Shown here piece after piece: positions 1 through 7,621 of a stretch of DNA of 39,041 nucleotides. A program made the position numbers and the translations under genes. The stretch is taken from the IMG/VR virus record IMGVR_UViG_3300032303_001112, positions 1 to 39,041 of that record, one strand, 5' to 3'. Each line of letters begins with the position of its first letter. Position 1 is the stretch's first letter. The notes below the pieces were generated by a model, which saw only the letters and a program-made list of their open reading frames with translations, made no database searches and was not told where the DNA came from. Source of the stretch: a virus. Lineage: Duplodnaviria; Caudoviricetes.

Positions 1-123
1 ATCGTATCGAGTGCGTCCTTACACCAGTAGGGAGCCGCATCTCTAGCTTTGTTTGCATCTGGTCTTTCCATGAGTCTTTCAGCGTTACGACTTGTCACCA
101 CTCTGGGTTGAGTTGTCGCGCAT
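1..123. repeat. Terminal overlap, identical to 38919-39041 (circular contig)
   Basis: Exact 123-nt direct repeat at both ends; it falls inside a gene that reads across the junction. Confidence 0.97.
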
Positions 124-191
124 CCCGCGATTGCAAATCCAATAACTGACAGCATCGCGATCTTTGTCGGCTTCTTGAATAATTTTACCAA
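1..191 (-). CDS. Putative lipoprotein, o-spanin (Rz1)-like; continues across junction to 38876
   Basis: Manual translation MVKLFKKPTKIAMLSVIGFAIAG-C-ATTQPRV...IGNAK* (TTG start 191, alternative ATG 155): basic N-region, hydrophobic core, lipobox IAGC; overlaps 85..270 in another frame; stop overlaps portal ATG. Confidence 0.7.
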   Translation of the reverse strand, partial: MVKLFKKPTKIAMLSVIGFAIAGCATTQPRVVTSRNAERLMERPDANKARDAAPYWCKDALDT

Positions 192-270
192 AGTCGCGAG
201 CTTTTCTATCCGGAACCAACTTATCAATAATGCTGATAAGTCCACCGAGAATGCTGAAGAGGAATCCCAT
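85..270 (-). CDS. Small protein with hydrophobic N-terminus, possible i-spanin/lysis accessory
   Basis: MGFLFSILGGLISII N-terminus; overlapped out of frame by a lipoprotein gene, as in Rz/Rz1. Confidence 0.55.
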   Translation of the reverse strand: MGFLFSILGGLISIIDKLVPDRKARDFGKIIQEADKDRDAVSYWICNRGMRDNSTQSGDKS

Positions 271-279
271 CTCACTAAC

Positions 280-444
280 TCAATAGACTCCCATCTTGAA
301 CTTTTGCTTGGCGGCTGAGTTATCCACTAAATTAGGATATGGGCGGCCTGCGGCTTTAGCCTTTTGCTTGGCGTATGCCTTTGCCTTCGGCGAAAGGGGC
401 CGAGATGACTTGTTGGGATTTTTCTTGTCCCAAAATTGCTTCAT
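280..444 (-). CDS. Small basic phage protein (AKAAGRPYPNLVDN motif)
   Basis: Manual translation, 54 aa, Lys-rich; ATGA overlap with upstream holin-like gene. Confidence 0.75.
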   Translation of the reverse strand: MKQFWDKKNPNKSSRPLSPKAKAYAKQKAKAAGRPYPNLVDNSAAKQKFKMGVY

Positions 445-611
445 GAAGAAGGAGCGTCTTTAGCTAGAATCAAACCAATCCCTGCGGTGATAGCGGCAAT
501 TAGAGTTCCGAGATCGGGGATGGTTCCAGTCTTTAGGAATGCCAACGCCGCAGAACCAACTGCCACAACAATGCTAAGGACACCCGTGGTTGTAGTTTTA
601 ATGTTTTGCAT
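441..611 (-). CDS. Putative holin, 56 aa, two hydrophobic segments
   Basis: MQNIKTTTTGVLSIVVAVGSAALAFLKTGTIPDLGTLIAAITAGIGLILAKDAPSS; GGAGG upstream at end of terL. Confidence 0.7.
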   Translation of the reverse strand: MQNIKTTTTGVLSIVVAVGSAALAFLKTGTIPDLGTLIAAITAGIGLILAKDAPSS

Positions 612-616
612 TTATT

Positions 617-2017
617 TTATCCTCCAATATCAAAGCCAGCACACGCAGGTTCCCCTTCCGAGTATTCCTGCATATCGCTCCATTGATCTGAACCCGTATT
701 GCCGGAATCAAAGACCGCAAGATTATTTTCGCTTCTAACGCAACAAACCCCACAAACGGCATCCCCGCGATCCGGAGAGCATACCCCCCGCCTCCGCATC
801 TCGTCTTTGGACTCCAACCCCAACTTTCCTGAGGAGGCTATCTTAGCCTTACGGGAGCATAGTTGGGCATCCAGTATTTCATCAGTAGGAAGGATGATTT
901 CAGCCCTTTCGATCTGTCTAGCTGTCTCCCACCACATCTCAGAGCTTCTATTGACGTAGTTATCAGAGTAGGCCCTAGCCCCAAAGTTCACCCTCTTAAT
1001 AGCCCACCCCTGTTCCCGCATCCGGTCATTCATAGGCTTACCTAGTCCCCCGTCATCAGCCCAAACATCGTTAGGCTTTAGATTGGCCTTCTTTAGCTCT
1101 ATAATGGCTTTGCCTACACTTCTCATGGTATCCGAGTCCTTCCACCCTATCAGGGGCTCAATCACGTTCCCGCGCCTTATGGCGATCACCGTTTCATCAC
1201 CGCCACCTGCCCAATCAATAAAAGCCACCGGAGCCCCCTCCTGTTTCTTCGGAGGGTTAGATCGGCAGTTATGAATCTTAGAAAAAGTGAATGGGCTGAT
1301 CCCGTCATCCTCCCCCATGAACTCAGAGAAGATCATGCTTCTAATAAAGGGGTTGTCCCGTCCATGTTGCTCAATCTGCATATCAATCCACTCTTTCTTG
1401 ATATGGGGGCAGTCATAGGCCGATACAGAGTAGTTCTTCCAATACTTGCGTTTCCCTAGGAAGCATTGCGCGAACTCCCCGTCCATGCCTCCGGTACTGC
1501 TCATAGCAAGCCAAGCCGTAGGCTGACATCGTTCCGCCGCCCTCCAAATGTCGGTGGGTATGCTTTTAGCCTCGTCAAAGATCATAAGGAGCTTGTCGTT
1601 GTGCCAACCCTCAAATCGGTTTGGCTCGTCGGTAGAGAACCCAATAGCCTTAGATCCGTTAGGGGCAGTTAGGTCAGTAGCGTTGAGGGTCCAACCCTTT
1701 AGCTTATCCCTCCATCCGGCGAGCCTTTGCCAAAGTTGCTCCTTCACCTGACGATAGACTCCGGCTGTGGTTACGACTTGGGACTTGGGATAGACCGTAC
1801 ACCACCAAAGAACTAGGGGAGCCGCCAAACAAGATGTCTTTCCGGAGCCGTTAGCCGCCTTCAAAGCCACCCGATTGCCTAGGCCAACATCGAGAAAGAC
1901 TTTCGATTGCCAAGGGTGGAGGTCGATGTCGAGTAGCTTAGAAAAGCCTAGGGGGGTTGCTAACAGTTGCTCCTGCGTGAGCTTGGCCGGAAGTTGGGAA
2001 GGATCTGTTATGGGCAT
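617..2017 (-). CDS. terL: Terminase large subunit
   Basis: Walker A AANGSGKT, Walker B LLMIFDEA, nuclease motifs IDWAGGGDET and SPDRGDA. Confidence 0.95.
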   Translation of the reverse strand: MPITDPSQLPAKLTQEQLLATPLGFSKLLDIDLHPWQSKVFLDVGLGNRVALKAANGSGKTSCLAAPLVLWWCTVYPKSQVVTTAGVYRQVKEQLWQRLAGWRDKLKGWTLNATDLTAPNGSKAIGFSTDEPNRFEGWHNDKLLMIFDEAKSIPTDIWRAAERCQPTAWLAMSSTGGMDGEFAQCFLGKRKYWKNYSVSAYDCPHIKKEWIDMQIEQHGRDNPFIRSMIFSEFMGEDDGISPFTFSKIHNCRSNPPKKQEGAPVAFIDWAGGGDETVIAIRRGNVIEPLIGWKDSDTMRSVGKAIIELKKANLKPNDVWADDGGLGKPMNDRMREQGWAIKRVNFGARAYSDNYVNRSSEMWWETARQIERAEIILPTDEILDAQLCSRKAKIASSGKLGLESKDEMRRRGVCSPDRGDAVCGVCCVRSENNLAVFDSGNTGSDQWSDMQEYSEGEPACAGFDIGG

Positions 2018-2065
2018 TTAGAGGGGGGTCGAGTTTTTTGAATTTTTTTTGGAAGGGGGATATAA

Positions 2066-2722
2066 TTAGAGTGGGTGGGCGAGGGGGGTGGTGGGCGGGG
2101 GCGTGTCGGGGGTTGGCGGGTTCGGCTTGGGATATTTCCTCGGCCTCCCAAGTCGTTGAGGTTTAACATCCTTCACAACCTCCGCAGAAATCTCCACGGC
2201 AGGAACGGCAACCCTTCCCTCTTGTGATGGTGTCCCTCCTTCAGTATAATTAGTGGGGACTAGAGAAGAAGGGGTGGTGGTGTCGGGTAATTGTTGGGGA
2301 GCTAATTGATTACCCAAGAGAGAACCCCAAGCCCCCATCAGCTTGCCTATCGTGTCATCGCCTAGGGCGAGAATTTGCATACTCGAGCCTTGCCCACTAG
2401 GTACATAAGCAGGGGCAAATTCTTCCTTTGCCCTTCTCTCTAACAACCATTGGGAGGGCTTCTCTGAAATCTTGGCGTGACGCTCTATATTGCTAACTTG
2501 GCTACGGACAAAAAAAGAGTGTGCCTCTTCCATCATTGGGGCGAACTCGGGGTGAAGCCCTGCCCACTGCTTACTTGTCCCATACGGAACTCCACAAAGG
2601 GGCGAAGCATACCGCAACGGAAGCCCCCGCTTAATCTGATTACATATCTGACGAGCCTTTGCGATTGACCACCGAGCAGGCCTCCCCACCTTTCCGCTAA
2701 CCTTGTGAGGCTCTATGTTCAC
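2066..2722 (-). CDS. terS: Terminase small subunit (putative)
   Basis: VGRP N-terminal motif, HTH-like segment, WLLERR motif, directly upstream of terL; Pro-rich tail. Confidence 0.8.
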   Translation of the reverse strand: MNIEPHKVSGKVGRPARWSIAKARQICNQIKRGLPLRYASPLCGVPYGTSKQWAGLHPEFAPMMEEAHSFFVRSQVSNIERHAKISEKPSQWLLERRAKEEFAPAYVPSGQGSSMQILALGDDTIGKLMGAWGSLLGNQLAPQQLPDTTTPSSLVPTNYTEGGTPSQEGRVAVPAVEISAEVVKDVKPQRLGRPRKYPKPNPPTPDTPPPTTPLAHPL

Positions 2723-2729
2723 TCACCCT

Positions 2730-2780
2730 TCCCGTATTGCTAAAATAAAACTTGTCAATCCTTCCGCCGGAGTTACGGGA
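2730..2780. promoter_or_regulatory. Symmetric divergent promoter-like dyad TCCCGTA-N15-TTGTCAA-N15-TACGGGA
   Basis: Dyad centred at 2755; both strands read TTG(A/T)CA-N16-TACGGG; the leftward copy ends 8 nt before the terS GTG. Confidence 0.55.
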
Positions 2781-2785
2781 GCAAA

Positions 2786-3010
2786 AAGAGTAGGGAGAAC
2801 ACAAAGCCCGAAATGGTATCCGATCCTCGCAAGAAAGACCGAAAAGGGGCGAGCGTAGGTAGAACGGAGCTAGCCTCACGCCCTGCTAGCTTAATAATTG
2901 GGAGCGATCCCAGCGATTCTCACGCCTACCTCAACGGCATTGGTAATAATGGATACCGCACCTAGAGAAAACCGCCCAATCCCTCGAGGATGGGCGAACT
3001 ATGCCCACGC
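2786..3010 (+). ncRNA. Candidate structured non-coding RNA, family unknown
   Basis: Nested stems 2815-21/2951-57, 2851-64/2917-32, 2868-74/2885-91, 2899-2903/2908-12 (GCGA loop), 2973-82/2988-96; no credible ORF. Confidence 0.55.
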
Positions 3011-3133
3011 AAACCCTCCCCCCTTTATTATTATCATATATTAAAAAAACCTAACCCCCTCCCGTTAGGTTGCATCGTGTAAGCCCTGCCCTCCTCTCTC
3101 TCTTCCCCTCATCCTCCGTGGCTCGCTGATCGT

Positions 3134-3196
3134 GGAAGCGTAAGCCTTGCCGTTGATTGCTTCCGCTTTCTTTTTTTTTCTTATTTTTTTCTTTTC
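3134..3196 (+). terminator. Possible intrinsic terminator
   Basis: GGAAGCG...TGCTTCC stem followed by about 30 nt T-rich tract; loop longer than typical. Confidence 0.45.
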
Positions 3197-3363
3197 AGTT
3201 TGTGTAAGAAGCCTCCGTTTATTCTTTTTATTTGATAAGCCCCCGAAAATAAATCCCCTCTCTCCCATTAGCTTAACTAATCCTAAAAGCCCTTTTCCCC
3301 TCTGAGGCCTCCCGCGATTGCCCCTGCGTTACATAAGCCTAACTAATTACCGCTTTGAGAGTA

Positions 3364-3394
3364 TTGACGGAAGCGGTTGCAAAGTGTAACAAGC
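3364..3394 (+). promoter_or_regulatory. Early promoter TTGACG-N17-TAACAA overlapped by GTGTAACAAGC motif
   Basis: Near-consensus -35; ATG at 3401 lies 8 nt past the -10 with no SD (leaderless-like). Confidence 0.55.
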
Positions 3395-3400
3395 ATAAAT

Positions 3401-3814
3401 ATGAACAACACAAAAGCACAAGCAATCGAAGCCAAGAAAGCCAAGATGAAACAACTCGCGGAACAATTCGCGAAGATGACGGAAGCCGAGAGAGTGGAAC
3501 TATCCAACCAACTCGGAAGCCTCCGAACCATCGAAGGCCGACCTCTCTCCTTCAAAAACTCCGCCCTCCTTTACTTCCAGAAGAAAGGGGTATCAATCGT
3601 CGGAGGCTTTCAACAATGGAAGAAGGCTGGACGAATCGTGAGGAAGGGAGAGAAAGCCCTAGCGATCTTTTGCCCCGCCTCCCGCAAGACTGAAGAGGGA
3701 CAACCCGCCGAGGATTCTCTCTTCTTCTTTACTGGAAGCGTTTTCGATATTAGCCAAACCGAACCCCTTACCCCATCAGAAACCCTAACCCGTTCCCTTG
3801 TGGGGAATGTGTAA
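3401..3814 (+). CDS. ArdC-like ssDNA-binding domain protein (N-terminal domain only)
   Basis: SFKNSALLYFQ...GGFQQWKKAGRIVRKGEKALAIFCP...VFDISQTE signature. Confidence 0.85.
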   Translation: MNNTKAQAIEAKKAKMKQLAEQFAKMTEAERVELSNQLGSLRTIEGRPLSFKNSALLYFQKKGVSIVGGFQQWKKAGRIVRKGEKALAIFCPASRKTEEGQPAEDSLFFFTGSVFDISQTEPLTPSETLTRSLVGNV

Positions 3815-3846
3815 GAAGCAACCACAACCAAAGGAGAACCCAACCA

Positions 3847-4056
3847 ATGACAACCCAAAACCAAATCCAAGCTATGAGGAAAATACTCGACGCAGTAATC
3901 GACGCAGTGAAGGCCAACCCAACAGGAACCCCCGAGGGCTCCCTATATGCCGTCCTAATGGCTCAAGGATGCTCCCTCAATCAGTTTCAAGCGATCATAG
4001 GTGCATTATGCACCGCCGGAAAAATCAGAAAAGAAAACGGACTCCTCTTCGCCTAA
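3847..4056 (+). CDS. Small hypothetical protein, possibly winged-helix
   Basis: AAGGAG RBS; 69 aa. Confidence 0.7.
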   Translation: MTTQNQIQAMRKILDAVIDAVKANPTGTPEGSLYAVLMAQGCSLNQFQAIIGALCTAGKIRKENGLLFA

Positions 4057-4089
4057 CCCCAACCCAAACCAAAGAAAGAACCCAAACCA

Positions 4090-4608
4090 ATGAACACCAC
4101 AACCGAAACAACCCCCCGTATCTATGTCGGGACTTACGAGAAGTACAACAACGGAAGCATAAAGGGAGCTTGGCTCGACCTTGAAGGCCTAGACAAGGAT
4201 TCCTTCTATGACGCTTGCAAAGAACTCCACAAAGACGAGGCCGACCCCGAGTATATGTTCCAAGACTTCGAGGGTTTCCCCCGCCGATTCTATGGGGAAT
4301 CATCCCTCGAGGATGGCTTATGGGCTTGGCTCGAGCTTGACGAGGAAGAACGGGAACTCCTCGAAGTAGCTTCAGAGGCCGTGGACTCTGAGGACATAGA
4401 CGATGCTCGAGAGAAGTTTATGGGAAAATATGACTCAGAAAAAGATTGGGCTGAGAACTACCTCGAGGATACGGGAGAACTTAACGAGATACCCGAACGC
4501 CTCCGGTATTACTTCGACTACGAGGCCTATGCCCGAGATGCCCGACTTAATGGGGATATATGTTTCCACGAACATAACGGCGAAACTTGGGTTTTCTCTA
4601 ACCACTAA
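4090..4608 (+). CDS. ardA: Antirestriction protein ArdA (DNA mimic)
   Basis: RIYVGTYEKYNNGSIKGAWLDL, DPEYMFQDFEGFP, YYFDYEAYARD; highly acidic. Confidence 0.95.
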   Translation: MNTTTETTPRIYVGTYEKYNNGSIKGAWLDLEGLDKDSFYDACKELHKDEADPEYMFQDFEGFPRRFYGESSLEDGLWAWLELDEEERELLEVASEAVDSEDIDDAREKFMGKYDSEKDWAENYLEDTGELNEIPERLRYYFDYEAYARDARLNGDICFHEHNGETWVFSNH

Positions 4609-4639
4609 GTGTAACAAAACCCCACAAGGAGAACCCACA

Positions 4640-4711
4640 ATGGACTTAATTTTCATCCTCTTCCCCATGTTTGCCGTACTAGGCCTAGGAGCTTGGACGC
4701 TGAACAAATAA
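4640..4711 (+). CDS. 23-aa membrane peptide
   Basis: MDLIFILFPMFAVLGLGAWTLNK with AAGGAG RBS. Confidence 0.65.
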   Translation: MDLIFILFPMFAVLGLGAWTLNK

Positions 4712-4736
4712 CCCAAACCAAGAAAGAACCCACCAA

Positions 4737-5162
4737 ATGACCCAAACCTTACTACCCCTAAACCCTCACGCCTATTGCGGAGAGGACATCGCGGAGGCCT
4801 TTGGACTAAACAAACTCCCCGCCGAGATTGTAACCATCATCCCCAAACATTCCCCTTGGGGACAGATAGACCAACACGAGGTCTTAGCTAGGGGTATTAT
4901 CGAAGTATATACCCCCAGCCACGGCGGAATCTATCTAAGCAAGGAGCGTCAGAAGATGCTCCCCGAATGGGCAAAGAAAGTCCCCGCCTCCTATTGCCCT
5001 AAGCCGGAGTGGTGGGAGGAGGATTGCGAGGCCTTAGTTCCCCTCTACTGCTTCTATGACGAACTCCCAGCAAAGAGGAGGGAAGGAGTATCAAAAGAAC
5101 TGCTCCTAAACTGGATTAAAAAAACCTCTTACTTCTTCCCGAATGGAGTGGCAACCCTATGA
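4737..5162 (+). CDS. DUF7007-like protein
   Basis: SPWG...GIIEVYTPSHGGIYLS...WWEEDCE motif. Confidence 0.7.
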   Translation: MTQTLLPLNPHAYCGEDIAEAFGLNKLPAEIVTIIPKHSPWGQIDQHEVLARGIIEVYTPSHGGIYLSKERQKMLPEWAKKVPASYCPKPEWWEEDCEALVPLYCFYDELPAKRREGVSKELLLNWIKKTSYFFPNGVATL

Positions 5163-5293
5163 CAACCCTAAAAATCATTGACCAACTACTAAAAGGAAAC
5201 CACCTCGAGCCTAAAGAACTGAGGAAGGCTTGGCTCATAGTGGAGGATCTGAAGGAAATCCTAGAATACAGAACCGCAGGAGAATCCAAATGA
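5159..5293 (+). CDS. Hypothetical protein, 44 aa
   Basis: ATGA overlaps at both ends. Confidence 0.6.
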   Translation: MTTLKIIDQLLKGNHLEPKELRKAWLIVEDLKEILEYRTAGESK

Positions 5294-5505
5294 CCACCAC
5301 CGACCAACTCCTAGAGCTTGTTATGAATGACGCAGAGATGGAGAGAATGACTAGGCCTACCACTTGGGAGGAGCGAGTGACCCAGCTTGAGGAGGAAGGC
5401 CTGACAAGGAGTGACGCACAAGGAGCGGTGGATGTCGAAATCCTAGAAGGATGGAGGCCGACAGACTTTCAACCTTGGATGCTCATTCCGGAGATCAAAC
5501 CATGA
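5290..5505 (+). CDS. Hypothetical protein (EEEGLTRSDAQG motif)
   Basis: AGGAG RBS, ATGA overlap, acidic. Confidence 0.7.
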   Translation: MTTTDQLLELVMNDAEMERMTRPTTWEERVTQLEEEGLTRSDAQGAVDVEILEGWRPTDFQPWMLIPEIKP

Positions 5506-5786
5506 CCCCCGCCTTCTCTGTCCCTAGATTGCGGAGCAATCGGCGGAACAAGACCTCAGGCTTGTTTCACATCCAATCCGACACCGGAGAGATTTTCGGA
5601 GAGTTTCGCTCCCACCGCTCCGCCCATTCATTCATCGAAAGGAACGGACTGGAATGGGAACCCCTCCTTATCGTTTCGGCGGAGAGTGTAAGAAGCCTCT
5701 ACAAGTTTTGGATGCCCTTACCCCTCCCCCTCTCAGCCCTGCAAAGAACTTCCCTCAATTCACTAGCTTGCGGAGCAAGCGAGTGA
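5502..5786 (+). CDS. Hypothetical protein
   Basis: GGAG RBS, ATGA overlap. Confidence 0.55.
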   Translation: MTPAFSVPRLRSNRRNKTSGLFHIQSDTGEIFGEFRSHRSAHSFIERNGLEWEPLLIVSAESVRSLYKFWMPLPLPLSALQRTSLNSLACGASE

Positions 5787-5819
5787 GCAAAGCGAACCCC
5801 TAAACAAAGAAAGAACCCA

Positions 5820-6089
5820 ATGAAGAACCAAAAAACAAAGCACTACATCGCAACCATAAACGAAATGAATGGGGATATGGAATACGACACCAAGTACCTA
5901 TTCAAAACCTCCGAATGCCCCGACAAGTACAACGACAAGGTGGCAAGCACTTGGAGGGGTGAGGGTGATGGATATGACGAAGAGGCCGGAGGCTACTGGT
6001 CAGATAATAGCCTTATGTCGGCAGGAGAGTGGAAAGAAATCCCCGCCTCTCACTTTGCAATCCTCAAAAAGTATCTCGCAGTTTTATAA
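5820..6089 (+). CDS. Hypothetical protein
   Basis: AAGAAAG leader, 89 aa. Confidence 0.7.
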   Translation: MKNQKTKHYIATINEMNGDMEYDTKYLFKTSECPDKYNDKVASTWRGEGDGYDEEAGGYWSDNSLMSAGEWKEIPASHFAILKKYLAVL

Positions 6090-6108
6090 CCCAAGAAAGG
6101 AAACCCAA

Positions 6109-6339
6109 ATGACACCATCAAGAACCGAAATCGAAAGAACACTACAAGCCGAGAAAGCCCAGCTTGAGAAAGCGGAACAACTCAACAACGACTCATTCCC
6201 CGAAGCGGAGTGCGTTGGCGAGTTTGAGCGAGGCAACATCACCGGATGGATCGAAGCCCTTGAGTGGGTACTCAACCAGAAAACCGGAGAGAACCGCAAG
6301 TACCTATCAGTATTTGAAATACTAGAGGGGAGAAAATAA
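6109..6339 (+). CDS. Hypothetical protein (GWIEALEWVL motif)
   Basis: AGAAAGGA RBS before ATG 6109. Confidence 0.7.
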   Translation: MTPSRTEIERTLQAEKAQLEKAEQLNNDSFPEAECVGEFERGNITGWIEALEWVLNQKTGENRKYLSVFEILEGRK

Positions 6340-6343
6340 ACCA

Positions 6344-6553
6344 ATGAGATACTCCGGAAAAGTAACAGACATAAGGATTCCCTGCACATTCTGGAATCCG
6401 AAATTCTCCAACAAGCTGAAGGAGAACAAACAAAACCTGCAACAGATCAAAAACCTTATATGCGATCTAATGCTCATCAAACCAAGTGCAATCAAAGTGA
6501 CAGCATATAGGCACGAATGGGAAGCAAGGGAAGCAAGGGAGGCAACCAAATGA
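6344..6553 (+). CDS. Hypothetical protein
   Basis: Tight operon packing. Confidence 0.55.
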   Translation: MRYSGKVTDIRIPCTFWNPKFSNKLKENKQNLQQIKNLICDLMLIKPSAIKVTAYRHEWEAREAREATK

Positions 6554-7053
6554 ACTGCAAAATCAAAGAGATATTCGACCGACTAACTAAGTTAGATAAG
6601 GTTGAGATTCTAAAACTAAACAAGACCTACACCAAAAATGTCCGTCTCTACGGAGAGGATGACAACGACACCATCAGCGATCTTGAGTCGATCATTCGAC
6701 CCAAGGCACTCGCTTACGCTAGGGATGTAATTAAGAAGGATGGCATCCCGAAAGACGGAGAGGGTTGGGCATTCCGCCCAAGTATCCTCGAAGATACAGA
6801 CGAGGATATTGAGGTAATGATATGCAGAACGGAGGATGGAAAATTCAAGCCCTCCACCTGCTCCCCAGCTTGGGAGGCTAAAGGCAACTCGGTAGATGAT
6901 GGATGCGGAGTTAAAGACCCAGCCGAGGCGTTGGCTTGGGGACTCACGGAGGCCTTCGCCTACTACCTCGCCGGAGACATCACCCACCTACGCAACGGGA
7001 AACACTTCCCGCAGAATGAAATCCACATACCAACACGGAGTAAAGTTAAATGA
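6550..7053 (+). CDS. Hypothetical protein
   Basis: GGAGG RBS, ATGA overlap. Confidence 0.7.
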   Translation: MNCKIKEIFDRLTKLDKVEILKLNKTYTKNVRLYGEDDNDTISDLESIIRPKALAYARDVIKKDGIPKDGEGWAFRPSILEDTDEDIEVMICRTEDGKFKPSTCSPAWEAKGNSVDDGCGVKDPAEALAWGLTEAFAYYLAGDITHLRNGKHFPQNEIHIPTRSKVK

Positions 7054-7226
7054 CAACCCAATCCATCCTTAATTCAATCCGCAAATCAATCGAGGAGGAG
7101 AGCGTTAGTTTCGATCAGATTATTCAGCTTGAATCCATCGCTCAATCTAACCCCAGCCTACTTGCCGATGATCCCCGCCTAGCTGAATGGGCAGGGATGC
7201 CGGAAGAGAAATGGAGAAACCTATGA
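7050..7226 (+). CDS. Hypothetical protein, 58 aa
   Basis: Manual translation MTTQSILNS...AEWAGMPEEKWRNL; ATGA overlaps. Confidence 0.6.
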   Translation: MTTQSILNSIRKSIEEESVSFDQIIQLESIAQSNPSLLADDPRLAEWAGMPEEKWRNL

Positions 7227-7387
7227 AGGAATACACAATCTACGGAGTCCGTCAGTATAGTGCCTATATTATGGCAGAGAGCGAGGAGGATGCCATGCGA
7301 CAAGCCAAGGCCATACCCCTCCATGAATGGGAACCCAACGAAATCTCCGGCGAGGAGATTCTTCCAAAGGAGGCGTGCGAAGTATGA
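7223..7387 (+). CDS. Small acidic protein, DpnD/PcfM-like pattern
   Basis: MKEYTIY...IMAESEEDAMRQA. Confidence 0.6.
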   Translation: MKEYTIYGVRQYSAYIMAESEEDAMRQAKAIPLHEWEPNEISGEEILPKEACEV

Positions 7388-7485
7388 GTCCCGACCTCCT
7401 CAAACTCCTCGACACCATAGTAAGGATTGCCATCCCCCTAGTTTGCTCAAGTCTAGTGTTGGCAATGTTTATTGGGAGAGATTAA
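7384..7485 (+). CDS. 33-aa membrane peptide
   Basis: AAGGAGG RBS; one hydrophobic helix; ends GRD*. Confidence 0.6.
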   Translation: MSPDLLKLLDTIVRIAIPLVCSSLVLAMFIGRD

Positions 7486-7490
7486 CTACT

Positions 7491-7598
7491 ATGATGATCG
7501 CTATGACCGGACGCGAAATAGACCACCTCCTAGGAATCATCACCCCGATAATCACAGTGATTATTCTCGGAATGGCTTGGTATTGTCAGAGAGATTAA
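7491..7598 (+). CDS. 35-aa membrane peptide
   Basis: One hydrophobic helix; ends QRD*. Confidence 0.55.
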   Translation: MMIAMTGREIDHLLGIITPIITVIILGMAWYCQRD

Positions 7599-7621
7599 AC
7601 CCAAACAAAGAAAGAACCTAT

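Noticed and set aside
2697-3268. ORFs 2697..2879 and 3065..3268 (-)
   Set aside because: No convincing RBS or protein features; the second is a translation of T tracts
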